A DNA stretch of 64,000 bases from Pyrinomonadaceae bacterium. Its GTDB lineage: Bacteria > Acidobacteriota > Blastocatellia > Pyrinomonadales > Pyrinomonadaceae. Both the position numbers and the translations under genes were made by a program. The notes under the pieces were generated by a model. That model was not told where the DNA came from and searched no databases. It saw only the letters and a list, made by a program, of their open reading frames with translations. The DNA is taken from contig JBKBYA010000006.1 of the NCBI GenBank assembly GCA_046313635.1, forward strand, positions 64,001-128,000, in the 5' to 3' direction. Shown piece after piece: positions 1 to 9,912 of the stretch (positions within the stretch are counted from its first letter, which is position 1; each line of letters opens with the position of its first letter).

Positions 1-612
1 CATCACAACCGCTCCAATTACGCTCCCTTTGTCAAAAAGCGTACTTCGCCCTTCGTCGCCTCCGCTCTCTCGCTGGTTTGTCCCGGCCTCGGTGCGGCCT
101 ACATCGGTCAGACGACCAAGGCCCTCGTACACTTCGCGATATTCGTCGGGCTGTTTCAGATGTCGGTATTGACAAAGGGAATGCCGCTCTTCGTCTTCGG
201 GGCTCTCGGGATGTGGCTCTTTGCGGTCGTAGATTCGTGGCGGACGGCGCAGATGATCCGGTCAGGGGTGACGCCGGACGTGGCCGAGGATATTCTCGTC
301 CGGCGATTTTCGGGAAACCCGCGTGCGTGGGGCATAGTGCTGGCCGTACTCGGCGGCACCTTTTTGCTTCAGCGGCTCTTCGATATCGGGCCGCTCGTAC
401 GAGGGATCTTGCCCCTGATGCTGATCGGGCTGGGCATCTACCTGATCCGCGGCTACATCTTCAAACCGAGGTCGCCGTTCGGACGGGCGGAATATTCCGG
501 CGAGACAAGTTTCTCGGGCGAATTGACCCGCACGCGATTCGATCAGACGGGTTTCGATCCCCAAGCCGGTTTTGCCGACCGCGATCGCAGCGGCGCATGG
601 CGGGGCAGATAA
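1..612 (+). CDS. Membrane protein, 5'-truncated (TM2-like motif plus LiaF/DUF5668-like transmembrane region)
   Basis: The frame is open from base 1 (HHNRSNYAPF...SPFVASALSLVCPGLGAAYIGQTTKAL) and runs into ORF 160..612. It has an 'LSLxxPGLGxxYxG' motif and several hydrophobic helices. Confidence 0.6.
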   Translation, partial: HHNRSNYAPFVKKRTSPFVASALSLVCPGLGAAYIGQTTKALVHFAIFVGLFQMSVLTKGMPLFVFGALGMWLFAVVDSWRTAQMIRSGVTPDVAEDILVRRFSGNPRAWGIVLAVLGGTFLLQRLFDIGPLVRGILPLMLIGLGIYLIRGYIFKPRSPFGRAEYSGETSFSGELTRTRFDQTGFDPQAGFADRDRSGAWRGR

Positions 613-641
613 TTTATTAGCAGGGAGTAAGGAGTTTTTTT

Positions 642-854
642 ATGCCGCTTTGGATGAAGGCCGCCGGTAAATGGAGCGGGATCCTCGTGATCATCGCTCT
701 TCTCATCACACTTCTCAAACAGCTGATCGCCTTTATCGGGTTTCTGACCGGAGCGATCAAGCTGATGATCATCGTCCTTTTTGTCCTCGTTATAGTCGGC
801 GTCGGATTGATGGTCCTCCGCGGATCAAGGGACAACCGACGCAGATCCGAATAG
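642..854 (+). CDS. Small two-TM membrane protein
   Basis: 70 aa with two hydrophobic helices and a basic tail; AAGGAG Shine-Dalgarno upstream. Confidence 0.65.
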   Translation: MPLWMKAAGKWSGILVIIALLITLLKQLIAFIGFLTGAIKLMIIVLFVLVIVGVGLMVLRGSRDNRRRSE

Positions 855-1133
855 CATCTGACCCCTTTTTTGAAATTCAGGGGTACGGGCGGCCGATGGT
901 GCGGGCACTTGAGCTGTTTTGCCCGCCCAGGCCGCCTGTGGTACTCTGGGGCATCAACTTGAACAATTGCACTTGCTCTCGTTTGGGTTGGTTCCCACGT
1001 AATCAGGGTTCGTCACATCTGCAAACTCTAAACTTGGTTTCGCGTTAGTCGCTCGCGGCTGTCCCCACGTGATTCCGTGTGCTGGAACGTTGGATTTCCG
1101 GCACTAGATCATCAAAAGGAGCTAAAAAGCATA

Positions 1134-1934
1134 ATGGCGAAAGTCGTCAAGTCTTACTCTTTTAATTTTTCGTTCGCTTCAAAATCCAGTATCAAGATCC
1201 GCCGGATACACGTCTCTAAAAAACTCGTGCATTCCGGACTGATCGCACTATTTTTAACATTCGGTATCTCGACACTCACGTTCGGCATCAGCGGGGTCAT
1301 GAGCGATCGTTCTCTCGCCGGATCGGTCGGCGATGCCGCAACCCGGAGTATGGCCTCGCTCCGCGCCGACAGCACTTCGCGGCTCGACTATACCCGCCCG
1401 GCCGCTTCGGGCCAGATGGCCCGCAACAGCGGCGGCCCGGCCTCGTCTGAGGACTCCGACGGCCTCTCTGCGGCCGAGCAGGTCCGTGCGATACAGACGG
1501 CGGCCGATCCGATGTCGGTCCCGAGCATCTGGGCCCATCTCGGAAAGATCAATAACGAATTCGGTTTCCGCCGCAATCCCTTCGGCGGGCGCACTTACGA
1601 GTTTCACGCCGGAATGGACATCGACGGCGAGCGCGGCGACGTCGTCGCGGCAACGGCCAACGGCACTGTCGTCAAGGCCGGCTGGCAAGGCGGTTACGGC
1701 AATATGATCGAGATCGATCACGGCAACGGCGTGACGACCCGCTACGGCCATCTCTCGCGTGTCGAGGTGAAGGTGGGCGACAGCGTCTTTCGAGGTCAAT
1801 CTGTCGGAGCCGTCGGTTCGACGGGGCGATCGACCGGCCCGCACCTTCATTATGAAGTGCGGATAAACGATCATCCGATCAACCCGCGCTACTTCTTGCC
1901 GCCGGAGCCGGCCGATCTTGCAAAGCTCAATTGA
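1134..1934 (+). CDS. M23 family metallopeptidase (peptidoglycan endopeptidase) with N-terminal TM anchor
   Basis: HAGMD (HxxxD) and TGPHLHYEV (HxH) motifs, plus GGYGNMIEIDHGNG. ATG at 1134 follows AAAGGAG. Confidence 0.92.
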   Translation: MAKVVKSYSFNFSFASKSSIKIRRIHVSKKLVHSGLIALFLTFGISTLTFGISGVMSDRSLAGSVGDAATRSMASLRADSTSRLDYTRPAASGQMARNSGGPASSEDSDGLSAAEQVRAIQTAADPMSVPSIWAHLGKINNEFGFRRNPFGGRTYEFHAGMDIDGERGDVVAATANGTVVKAGWQGGYGNMIEIDHGNGVTTRYGHLSRVEVKVGDSVFRGQSVGAVGSTGRSTGPHLHYEVRINDHPINPRYFLPPEPADLAKLN

Positions 1935-1960
1935 CGAGCAGACCGCACAACTTAACCTGT

Positions 1961-1993
1961 GAAAAACGAGTCGAATATGCGGCTCGTTTTTTC
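1961..1993 (+). terminator. Rho-independent terminator
   Basis: AAAAACGAGTCG-loop-CGGCTCGTTTTTT downstream of the M23 gene. Confidence 0.7.
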
Positions 1994-2062
1994 TTTATGC
2001 GGCCCCGGCGATTACAATAGCCTGGCATTTATCGCCGCACCTTTCAGAGGCAATCGAACAAT

Positions 2063-4249
2063 ATGAAAATCGCTAAAAGAGTCTTGTTCTCGTATGTCCT
2101 GACAGCGACGATGCTGTTGTCGTCGTTCAGTTTTGTGATCGCCCGGCCCGATGAGGGTATGTACACGCCGGGCCAGATCGCCGGCCTGCCGCTCAAGGGC
2201 CGCGGGCTTAAGATCAAACCGACCGATATCTACAATCCCGGCGGAGCTCCGGCGATCGCGGACGCGATCGTCCGCGTCAACATCGGCGAAGCGGGCGGCT
2301 TCGGCACGGGCGAATTCGTCTCGCCGAACGGGCTCATCCTGACCAACCATCACGTCGCATTCGACGCCCTGGTCGCCGCCTCGACGCCCGAACGCGATTA
2401 CGCAAAGCTCGGCTACAAGGCCGACTCGCAGGCGAATGAGCTGCCGGCAAAAGATTACAGCCTGCTTCTCACCAGCCGCGTCGAGGACGTGACCGCGCAG
2501 GTCACAAAGGGCACCGAGAATCTTACCGGCGACCGGCGCAAGGCGACGATCGACGAGAACATCAAGAATCTCCAGACCGCCGAGCAGGCAAAGGCCGGCG
2601 AGGGCAAGACCATCCGCATACAGGAGCTCAACAGCGGGCTGTTTTACTACCTCTACGAGACGACCACCATCCGCGACGTGCGGGTGGTGTACGCTCCGCC
2701 GCAGAGCATCGGCTTTTTCGGCGGCGACCCCGACAATTTTGAATGGACGCGTCACACGGGCGACTTCACTTTCCTGCGTGCGTATGTCGGGCCTGACGGC
2801 AAGCCCGCGGCATTCTCGCCGAATAACGTTCCCTTCAAGCCAAAAAAACATCTGACCATATCGCTTAGCGGCGTGCGGCCCGACGAGTTTGTGATGGTGC
2901 TCGGCTATCCCGGCGGTACGACGCGTTATCGCGAGAGCCAGGCCGTCGCGTACGCGCAGGATGTCAACTTCCCGTTCATCGTCGGCTACCTGTCGGCGTG
3001 GGCCGGCGCCCTGCAAAAGATCGGTGAGGCTGACGACGAAAAGCGCGTCAAGCTGCAGGCCGAGATCTTCAGTCTGAACAACTCGATCAAGGCCTACGAC
3101 GGCGGCGTCGTGGCGCTCAGACGCGCCGACGTTATATCTCAAAAGAGGGCCGAGGAGGCGCGCTTCAGACAGTGGATCGACGCCGACCCCGCACGCAAAG
3201 CGAAGTACGGCGACATACTGCCGCGCATCGCGGCGCTCTCCGACGAGTTCTATCGCACGGCGACCCGCGACCGCATCACTCGTACGCTGCCGCGGCCGGA
3301 CATAATGCCCGTTTTCAAACAGCTGCTGGACGCCTATACGGCGATCAAGGCCGGCAAAAAGCTGACCGACGACAAACGCGGCGAGATCGCCGCGGCCTTC
3401 AAAGACCGCGAGCCGCTGCTCGAGACCGAGATGATGCGGTACTACCTCTCGGCGATCGGCAAGCTGCCGGCAGGCGAACGTCTGGCTGCCGCCGACTCGC
3501 TCTTTGGCTCCGGCCCGCAGCGACGCCGCGCCGAGGAGGCGTTCATCGCAAAATACCTCGCCGACTTCGACACGCCCGAAAAGATCGCAGCCGTATATGA
3601 AATGACGCCGGAGTCGTTTGCGTCGGGGCGTGCGGACCTGGCGTCGCTGCTGGCCGGGATAGCCGATGCCCGCGCCGCCGCTCAGGCGAGGCTTGCCAAG
3701 TTCAATGCAGAGATCGATCCGCTGAGGCTCGCGTACCAGCGCGGCATGTCTGAGATGAAGAGATCGACACCGTACCCGGACGCCAATGCGACGCTGCGTT
3801 TCACCTTCGGCAACGTCCGCGGCTATCGGCCGCGCGAGGCCGTGACGTACGATCCCTTCACGACGCTCCGGGGCGTGATCGAAAAGGACACCGGCGTCGA
3901 TCCCTTCGCCGTGCCGCAGGGACTTAAAGACCTGCAGGCGAAAAAGGATCTTGGCCGCTACGGCGTCGGCGACTCAGTGCCCGTCAACTTTCTCGCGACG
4001 ACCGACATCATCGGCGGCAACAGCGGCAGCCCGATCCTTAACGGCCGCGGCGAGCAGGTCGGGATCGTCTTTGACGGCAACTACGAGGGCCTCGGCAACG
4101 ATATCTTCTACGACCCGGCTCGCAACCGCACGATCGCGGTCGATATTCGATACGTTCTTTTCGTCACCGAGAAGTTCGGTGGAGCGGGATGGGTCTTGAA
4201 CGAGATGAGTATCTCGGGCGGTTCGCGGTCGCGTGGTACCGCGGGGTGA
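2063..4249 (+). CDS. S46 family dipeptidyl peptidase (DPP7/DPP11-like)
   Basis: Signal peptide, DEGMY, LILTNHHVA, GGDPDNFEWTRHTGDF, YPDANATLRFTFG and catalytic DIIGGNSGSP. Confidence 0.95.
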   Translation: MKIAKRVLFSYVLTATMLLSSFSFVIARPDEGMYTPGQIAGLPLKGRGLKIKPTDIYNPGGAPAIADAIVRVNIGEAGGFGTGEFVSPNGLILTNHHVAFDALVAASTPERDYAKLGYKADSQANELPAKDYSLLLTSRVEDVTAQVTKGTENLTGDRRKATIDENIKNLQTAEQAKAGEGKTIRIQELNSGLFYYLYETTTIRDVRVVYAPPQSIGFFGGDPDNFEWTRHTGDFTFLRAYVGPDGKPAAFSPNNVPFKPKKHLTISLSGVRPDEFVMVLGYPGGTTRYRESQAVAYAQDVNFPFIVGYLSAWAGALQKIGEADDEKRVKLQAEIFSLNNSIKAYDGGVVALRRADVISQKRAEEARFRQWIDADPARKAKYGDILPRIAALSDEFYRTATRDRITRTLPRPDIMPVFKQLLDAYTAIKAGKKLTDDKRGEIAAAFKDREPLLETEMMRYYLSAIGKLPAGERLAAADSLFGSGPQRRRAEEAFIAKYLADFDTPEKIAAVYEMTPESFASGRADLASLLAGIADARAAAQARLAKFNAEIDPLRLAYQRGMSEMKRSTPYPDANATLRFTFGNVRGYRPREAVTYDPFTTLRGVIEKDTGVDPFAVPQGLKDLQAKKDLGRYGVGDSVPVNFLATTDIIGGNSGSPILNGRGEQVGIVFDGNYEGLGNDIFYDPARNRTIAVDIRYVLFVTEKFGGAGWVLNEMSISGGSRSRGTAG

Positions 4250-4254
4250 CGCTT

Positions 4255-4292
4255 TAGAAAGTGAGAAAATGCGAAGGTGAGAAAGGGAGAGA
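4255..4292. repeat. 8-bp tandem array (GTGAGAAA-like), left arm of an inverted pair around four-helix-bundle gene 1
   Basis: tagaaa-gtgagaaa-atgcgaag-gtgagaaa-gggagaga. Confidence 0.8.
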
Positions 4293-4700
4293 TCAGTCTT
4301 TCCCTTTTTTCTTTTGGCCCGAGGGCATTACCCAATCGTTCGAATTATTGGCCATTGAGAGGAGCATCGCGATGATTTCGTCGTAAGCCATGTAGATCTC
4401 GCGTGCTATGTCTCGGCTGAGATATCCTGCCCGAACCGCGAACTCGATCCACGTTTGCGTCTCTGCAGCTTCGCCCTCGGCGTCGTTGAGTTTACTGATG
4501 AACGCCGCTTCATAACGTCTTTTTCGCCACGCCTCCGCAAGATTGGCGCATACAGACCGCGACGAACGTCTCATTTGATCGGTCAGCGAATACATTTCCT
4601 CTCGCGGAAAACCGCTCGATAATTCAAAGATCCGCATCGCCGCCTCGAGACCCTTCCGATAAACCTTTAATTCCTGATGCCGAACAATTTTGGGAGACAT
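4293..4700 (-). CDS. Four helix bundle protein (23S rRNA IVP / TIGR02436-like, Avd-related fold), copy 1
   Basis: HQELKVYRK...FPREEMYSLTDQMRRSSRSVCANLAEAW...SKLNDAEGEAAETQTWIEFA. ATG at 4700 preferred over the upstream TTG. Confidence 0.92.
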   Translation of the reverse strand: MSPKIVRHQELKVYRKGLEAAMRIFELSSGFPREEMYSLTDQMRRSSRSVCANLAEAWRKRRYEAAFISKLNDAEGEAAETQTWIEFAVRAGYLSRDIAREIYMAYDEIIAMLLSMANNSNDWVMPSGQKKKGKD

Positions 4701-4782
4701 AGAAATTATGCTTTGGCGGTCACGACGGAACGCCACTGCCGCCACCATCGGCCGCAATAGTATCAGCATCGGCAAAAGTTGC

Positions 4783-4827
4783 AACTCACCTTCTCACTAT
4801 CTCACCCTCTCACTTTCTCATTTCCTA
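4783..4827. repeat. 8-bp tandem array (TTCTCACY), right arm, reverse complement of 4255-4292
   Basis: aactcacc-ttctcact-atctcacc-ctctcact-ttctcatt-tccta; ends in the mtgA stop codon. Confidence 0.8.
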
Positions 4828-5625
4828 ATACGCCAGTTTCATCCCGCCCATAAACTTCGCGATCACCCGCTGCCTTCTTTTCACTCGTTTGGGATTCTTC
4901 GTCGGGTTAAAGACGTTGAGAGGGCTTGGGATGATGGCGGCGAGAAAGGCTGCTTCGTCGCGGGTGAGGTCGGACGCGCTCTTTTTGAAGTAGTATCGCG
5001 ACGCGGCCTCGGCGCCGTACACGCCGTCGCCCCATTCGATGACGTTGAGGTAGAGCTCGAGGATGCGCTTTTTGGTGAGATAACGTTCGAGGAAATAGGT
5101 GTACGCGGCCTCGCGGCCTTTGCGGAGAAAGTTGCGGTCTTCCGAGAGATAAAGATTCTTAGCCAGCTGCTGCGTCACGGTCGACGCGCCGCGTTTGAAG
5201 CTCGGCATCGGCGGTATCCAATCGTCCTCGCTCGGCTTGCAGTTCAGCTTCTCTTCCCTGGTCTTCGCGGCGGCCTCGCACTCCTCGCGGGCCTCACGCT
5301 CGCCCTCGCGAACGGCCTCGTCCCAGGCCTTCTGGATCGCTTCCCAATCAAAGCCGTTGTGCTCGAAGAAGCGCGAATCTTCGCCCGCGAGCACCGCCCG
5401 CTGCAGGTGGGGCGAGATCTGCTCGATCGGCGTCCAGATCATGAACTTTCGCGGCTCGCGGCCCTCGTCCCGCGCCTGCTGCAGACGATATTCGATCAAG
5501 GACGTCGTCGCGGGATTCTCCGTCCGCAGATCCCAGATGCGTGGGAAGGTGGCGGCCTCGTACAGCAGCCAGACGCCGACCGCTCCGAGCAGGATCAGAA
5601 ACAGAACTTTGGTCCAGTACCACAT
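4825..5625 (-). CDS. mtgA: Monofunctional biosynthetic peptidoglycan transglycosylase (GT51)
   Basis: EDSRFFEHNGFD, RGASTVTQQLAKNL, RKGRE, KKRILELYLNVIEWGDGVYGAEAASRYYF. Confidence 0.93.
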   Translation of the reverse strand: MWYWTKVLFLILLGAVGVWLLYEAATFPRIWDLRTENPATTSLIEYRLQQARDEGREPRKFMIWTPIEQISPHLQRAVLAGEDSRFFEHNGFDWEAIQKAWDEAVREGEREAREECEAAAKTREEKLNCKPSEDDWIPPMPSFKRGASTVTQQLAKNLYLSEDRNFLRKGREAAYTYFLERYLTKKRILELYLNVIEWGDGVYGAEAASRYYFKKSASDLTRDEAAFLAAIIPSPLNVFNPTKNPKRVKRRQRVIAKFMGGMKLAY

Positions 5626-5718
5626 ATTCGACGAATAGTTTTTATTCAGGTGAAGCGGGAGCGAACAGTCTCAAGCTAACACAGTAATACGATCTCGCGC
5701 ACCCCGAGTTCCGAAGCC

Positions 5719-5816
5719 GCTCCAAAGCTTGCGCGAGTCGCTCCAAAGCTTGCGCGAGTCGCTCCAAAGCTTGCGCGAGTCACTCAAAAGCTTGCGCGAG
5801 TCACTCAAAAGCTTGC
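5719..5816. repeat. 21-bp tandem repeat, about 4.7 copies
   Basis: GCTCCAAAGCTTGCGCGAGTC x3 (5719, 5740, 5761), ACTCAAAAGCTTGCGCGAGTC (5782) and a partial copy at 5803; no spacers. Confidence 0.95.
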
Positions 5817-5974
5817 AAAGCTGACCATAGCGCGTCAACTTTGCCCGCCGTTTGCGGAAAAAGCACCGCGAACGCCGCCGTCCAAAGCCTATAAATAATA
5901 ATTCTTGAACTGTTTACCGCCTTGCGGCTATCCTGAATCCGAAACGATCTCTCTGCACTTTTCTCCGAACGTTT

Positions 5975-7270
5975 ATGGGCCAATTCGACAACGTTGTTGC
6001 CGTGATCCTCGGCGGCGGTGCCGGTTCCCGGCTCTTCCCGCTTACTCGCGACCGTTCAAAGCCGGCGGTGCCGCTCGGCGGCAAATACCGGCTGATCGAC
6101 GTGCCGGTCTCTAACTGCATCAACTCGAATATCACGCAGATCTTTGTCCTCACACAGTTCAACTCGGCATCTCTCAACCGGCATATCGCGCGGACGTACC
6201 GCTTTTCGCGATTCTCGACCGGATTTGTCGAGGTGCTCGCCGCCGAGCAGACCAAGGACAATCCGCAGTGGTTCCAGGGCACGGCCGACGCCGTGCGGCA
6301 GATGATCCCGCACATTCGCGACTGGCGCGTCGACACGCTGCTGATCCTCTCGGGCGATCACCTATATCGAATGGATTACGGCAAATTCCTTGCGCAGCAC
6401 TTTGAGACCGGCGCCGACGTGACGATCTCGGTCATCCCGGCGCGCTCGACAGAGGCCGAGGAGTTTGGCCTGCTCAAGACGGCCGAGCACGGCAGGATCG
6501 TCGAGTTTAGAGAAAAGCCCAAGGGCGAGGCGCTCGAGGCGATGCGCGTCGACACGACGCAGTTCGGCCTGAGCGTCGCCGAATCGCAGGAGCGGCCCTT
6601 TCTGGCCTCGATGGGCATCTATGTTTTTAACTACGACAAGCTCGTCGATATGCTGGCCGAGGAAGAGACGCGTGTCGACTTTGGCCGCGAGGTGATACCG
6701 GCCGCGATCGACAAGTACAACGTCCAGGCCCATCTCTTCAACGGCTACTGGGAAGACATCGGTACGATACGCGCGTTCTACCAGGCAAATCTTGACCTCG
6801 CTTCGCCGCTGCCGAAGTTCAATTTCTTCGACGCGGAGGCGCCCATCTACACGCGGAGCCGGTACCTGCCGCCGTCGAAGCTGCACGGATGCGACATCGA
6901 CAATTCGATGGTCAGCGAAGGCTGCATCCTGAACGGCGTCTACGCACGCAACTCGATCTTCGGACTGCGAAGCCGCATCGACGCCGGCACGCGGATCGAG
7001 AACTCGATCATCATGGGCGCCGATTACTTTGAGACGATCGACGAGATCAAACGCAGCGTCGAGTCCTCGCGGCCGCTGGTCGGCATCGGCTCGAACGTCG
7101 TCATTCGCAACGCCATCGTCGATAAGAACGTCCGCATCGGCAATAACGTCCAGCTCATCAATCGCGAGAATGTCGAGAACGCCGACTCCGACGACGGCGG
7201 CTACTACATCCGCGACCGCATCGTCATCATCCCCAAAGGCGCGACCGTGCCCGACGGGACGGTGATCTAA
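5975..7270 (+). CDS. glgC: Glucose-1-phosphate adenylyltransferase
   Basis: [61 protein letters not shown]. Confidence 0.97.
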   Translation: MGQFDNVVAVILGGGAGSRLFPLTRDRSKPAVPLGGKYRLIDVPVSNCINSNITQIFVLTQFNSASLNRHIARTYRFSRFSTGFVEVLAAEQTKDNPQWFQGTADAVRQMIPHIRDWRVDTLLILSGDHLYRMDYGKFLAQHFETGADVTISVIPARSTEAEEFGLLKTAEHGRIVEFREKPKGEALEAMRVDTTQFGLSVAESQERPFLASMGIYVFNYDKLVDMLAEEETRVDFGREVIPAAIDKYNVQAHLFNGYWEDIGTIRAFYQANLDLASPLPKFNFFDAEAPIYTRSRYLPPSKLHGCDIDNSMVSEGCILNGVYARNSIFGLRSRIDAGTRIENSIIMGADYFETIDEIKRSVESSRPLVGIGSNVVIRNAIVDKNVRIGNNVQLINRENVENADSDDGGYYIRDRIVIIPKGATVPDGTVI

Positions 7271-7309
7271 AACAAAAAAATAAAGGGCGGCTCGGGGCCG
7301 CCCTATTTG
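7271..7309. terminator. Bidirectional terminator between convergent genes
   Basis: A-tract, then AGGGCGGC-TCGGG-GCCGCCCT, then ATTTGT. Confidence 0.7.
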
Positions 7310-7327
7310 TTCTCATTCGCGAAGTGC

Positions 7328-8458
7328 TCACTTCACCGGCTTGCGCGGCGTGTAGCTGTCGCGCGCGCGTACGACGGCGCCGGCACGGTCGACCTTTACC
7401 TTGAGACGGCGTGCTCGACGTCGGTCGATATTCTCGGCCGGGTAAAAGCCGATGCTGTAGTACTCGCGCAGCTCGCTCGCGATCTTGGCGAATGCAGAGT
7501 TCAGCCCGCCGATCGAATCCGCGGGAACGACCGTTCCGCCGGTCCGGCGGGCGAGCTGCTCGAGATACTCGTTCGCGGCCTTGTAGTCCTCGGGATTGGT
7601 GCCGCGCCCGCCGGGGACGCCGACGGTCGGAAAAGGCAAAATGGTCGGATTCTTACCGGGAATGGTATTGGGATGACTCGTGCCGGGCGGCCGCGGCGTG
7701 GTGAGCACGGGATTGTCCTTCATCCGCTGCACGTCGGCAAACGTGTCGTACGAGATCGGATAGATGAGAGCGTCAAACTCCAGTGCGTCGTCGAGATTCT
7801 TGACGCCGCTCGCGGTCGAGCTTGTCGTATCGACCCCGTCGGTAAAGACGATCACCGCCTTGCGGCCCTCGACTCCTCTGAGCACGTCGGTCATCACCAG
7901 GTCGATCGCGTCGTAGAGGCTCGTTCCCGTATCGATGCGCGTCGACATTATCGCTCGCTGGATGGTCCGCCGGTCAGTGGTCGGACGACAGAGCATGTGT
8001 ACGTTCTGATCAAAGGAAACGACCGCCACCTTGTCGCGCGGCCCGAGCTTTTCGATAAAGTCGATCGCCGCCGCCTGGATCTCTGAGATCTTGAATTTTG
8101 ACGAGTAGCTCATATCGAGCACGAGCGCGACCGTAAAGGGCGCCTGCTCGGACGAGAAGTGCTCGATCTGCTGCTCGATGCCCTCGTCAAACAGCTTGAA
8201 ATTGTCTCGCTGCAGTCCCGCGACAAAGCGCCCGTTGCGGTCGAGCACCCGGATCGGCACGGTAACGAGATCGGTCTCTAAGCGGATCACCTCGCCGTCG
8301 TCCGCCGTCTCGTCGGCAGGCGGCGTGGGCGACGGCTGGGCCTGCCGCTGGTTGCGCTTGCCGTCGGCCGGCGATGTCGTGCCTCGATTGGACTGCGCGG
8401 CGGCCGTCGCCGCACACAGCGCGACGGACAAGATCATCAAAAGAATGCGGGTGCTCAT
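7328..8458 (-). CDS. Secreted VWA domain protein (acidobacterial VWFA type)
   Basis: Signal peptide, 'VIRLETDLVTVPIRVLDRNGRFVAGL', MIDAS DMSYS, TSLYDA, FTDGVDT. Confidence 0.9.
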   Translation of the reverse strand: MSTRILLMILSVALCAATAAAQSNRGTTSPADGKRNQRQAQPSPTPPADETADDGEVIRLETDLVTVPIRVLDRNGRFVAGLQRDNFKLFDEGIEQQIEHFSSEQAPFTVALVLDMSYSSKFKISEIQAAAIDFIEKLGPRDKVAVVSFDQNVHMLCRPTTDRRTIQRAIMSTRIDTGTSLYDAIDLVMTDVLRGVEGRKAVIVFTDGVDTTSSTASGVKNLDDALEFDALIYPISYDTFADVQRMKDNPVLTTPRPPGTSHPNTIPGKNPTILPFPTVGVPGGRGTNPEDYKAANEYLEQLARRTGGTVVPADSIGGLNSAFAKIASELREYYSIGFYPAENIDRRRARRLKVKVDRAGAVVRARDSYTPRKPVK

Positions 8459-8581
8459 CGGATAGGCCGGACGTCTGACCGGTCAGATGCATTATAGACC
8501 CGAAAAAGATGCTGCCGCCCCCAAAACAGAAACGGCACGCCCCGAGCGGGTACGCGCCGTTGTCTCCGATAGCGCTCGAGG

Positions 8582-9832
8582 CTACTTGCCGGCCTGCTGG
8601 CTGCCCTGACCGACGACGTAGCTGTTCTTTGAACGGACGACGAGTCCCGGCCGGTTGACGCGGACCGAGATCCGACGTCGCTCGCCGGGCTGCCCTGCCT
8701 TTTCGGGGTAATAGCCGATCGAGTACTGCCGACGCAGCTCCTCGGCGATGCCTGAGAACGCCGCGTCGAGATTGGTCAGCGAGTCGGCCTCGAAGCCGCG
8801 CCCGCCGCTGTTGCGTGAGAGAGTCTCGAGATAACGCCGTCCGGTCTCGTACTCCTCGGACGAACTGCCCGCACGCCCGCCGCCGCCGGGCAGCTGTCCC
8901 GCGTTGATCACGCCCGCGAGGATATCCGCGATCGTGATCCGGCGCCGCTGCTGCGGGTAAGGTGACGGATAACCGCCGCCGCCCTGCGCCATCATCTCTC
9001 GAGAGGTGTCGTAACGGATGGTGTAAAAGAGAGCTTCGGACTCCTCGGACTCCGCGATCGTGCTGCCAAAGTCGGCCCTTCGCGACGTCGTGTCCACGCC
9101 GTCGGTAAAGAGAACGACCGCCTTGCGGCCCTGAATGTACCGCAGTTCTCTCTGTATGACATGATCTACCGCCTCGTACAGCGAAGTGCCGTCGCCGAAA
9201 CGTGCCCGGCGTATCGCCCGCTGAAGCTGATAGCGGTCGTTCGTCGGCCGGGCGAGCACATGGACCTTTTCGTCAAAGGCGATCACCATCACTCGGTCCT
9301 CAGCACGGAGCTGATCGACAAAGGTTATCGCCGCATTCTGAATGTCCTCGATCTGCCACTGCGTCGAAGGGCTCACGTCGATCATCAGGATAACCGTAAA
9401 AGGCTGCTCGACCGTCTGAAACTGCTCGATCCGCTGCTCGACGCCATTCTCAAAGATCTTAAAGTCCTGCTGACGCAGCCCGCTGACAAAACGGCCGTCG
9501 CGGTCGAGCACCGAGACCGGCATCGTCACGAGGTTTGTATCGACCCGAATGACCTCGTCGTCGTCATCGACAGGCGTCCCGACGGGCGGCGTCGGCGCCG
9601 CGACCGCCGGAGCGTCGGCGCCGTCGCGTCGCCGCAATACCGGCGGGCCGCCATTCGACGTCGTATTTGAACGGTCGGTCTGGCCGCCGAGCTGCGGCGC
9701 GGCGCCGGTCGACGGATAAGGCGTCGGCGTCGCGGTCGGGACCACGCGTGGACGGACGGAACGGTTGCTCTGCGCCAGTACACCCGCACTTAATGCGGCG
9801 AAAGCAACCAGGATTACAGCGATCCTTTTCAT
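8582..9832 (-). CDS. Secreted VWA domain protein (paralog of the neighbouring gene)
   Basis: Signal peptide, 'VIRVDTNLVTMPVSVLDRDGRFVSGL', DVSPS, TSLYEA, FTDGVDT. Confidence 0.9.
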   Translation of the reverse strand: MKRIAVILVAFAALSAGVLAQSNRSVRPRVVPTATPTPYPSTGAAPQLGGQTDRSNTTSNGGPPVLRRRDGADAPAVAAPTPPVGTPVDDDDEVIRVDTNLVTMPVSVLDRDGRFVSGLRQQDFKIFENGVEQRIEQFQTVEQPFTVILMIDVSPSTQWQIEDIQNAAITFVDQLRAEDRVMVIAFDEKVHVLARPTNDRYQLQRAIRRARFGDGTSLYEAVDHVIQRELRYIQGRKAVVLFTDGVDTTSRRADFGSTIAESEESEALFYTIRYDTSREMMAQGGGGYPSPYPQQRRRITIADILAGVINAGQLPGGGGRAGSSSEEYETGRRYLETLSRNSGGRGFEADSLTNLDAAFSGIAEELRRQYSIGYYPEKAGQPGERRRISVRVNRPGLVVRSKNSYVVGQGSQQAGK

Positions 9833-9912
9833 AACAACAGAATCTCCCGGGCGTATCTCGTCTCGAGCGGGGAAAGCTGTTGCGTTTGATTGAGGTCGCC
9901 TTTGCGGCGTTG

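Noticed and set aside
5719..5816. Possible CRISPR array
   Set aside because: The units are directly adjacent with no unique spacers, and there are no cas genes; it is a plain tandem repeat.
7328..9832. Tandem VWA genes as a novel system or recent duplication
   Set aside because: The paralogs are well diverged, and expansions of this VWA family are common in Acidobacteriota.
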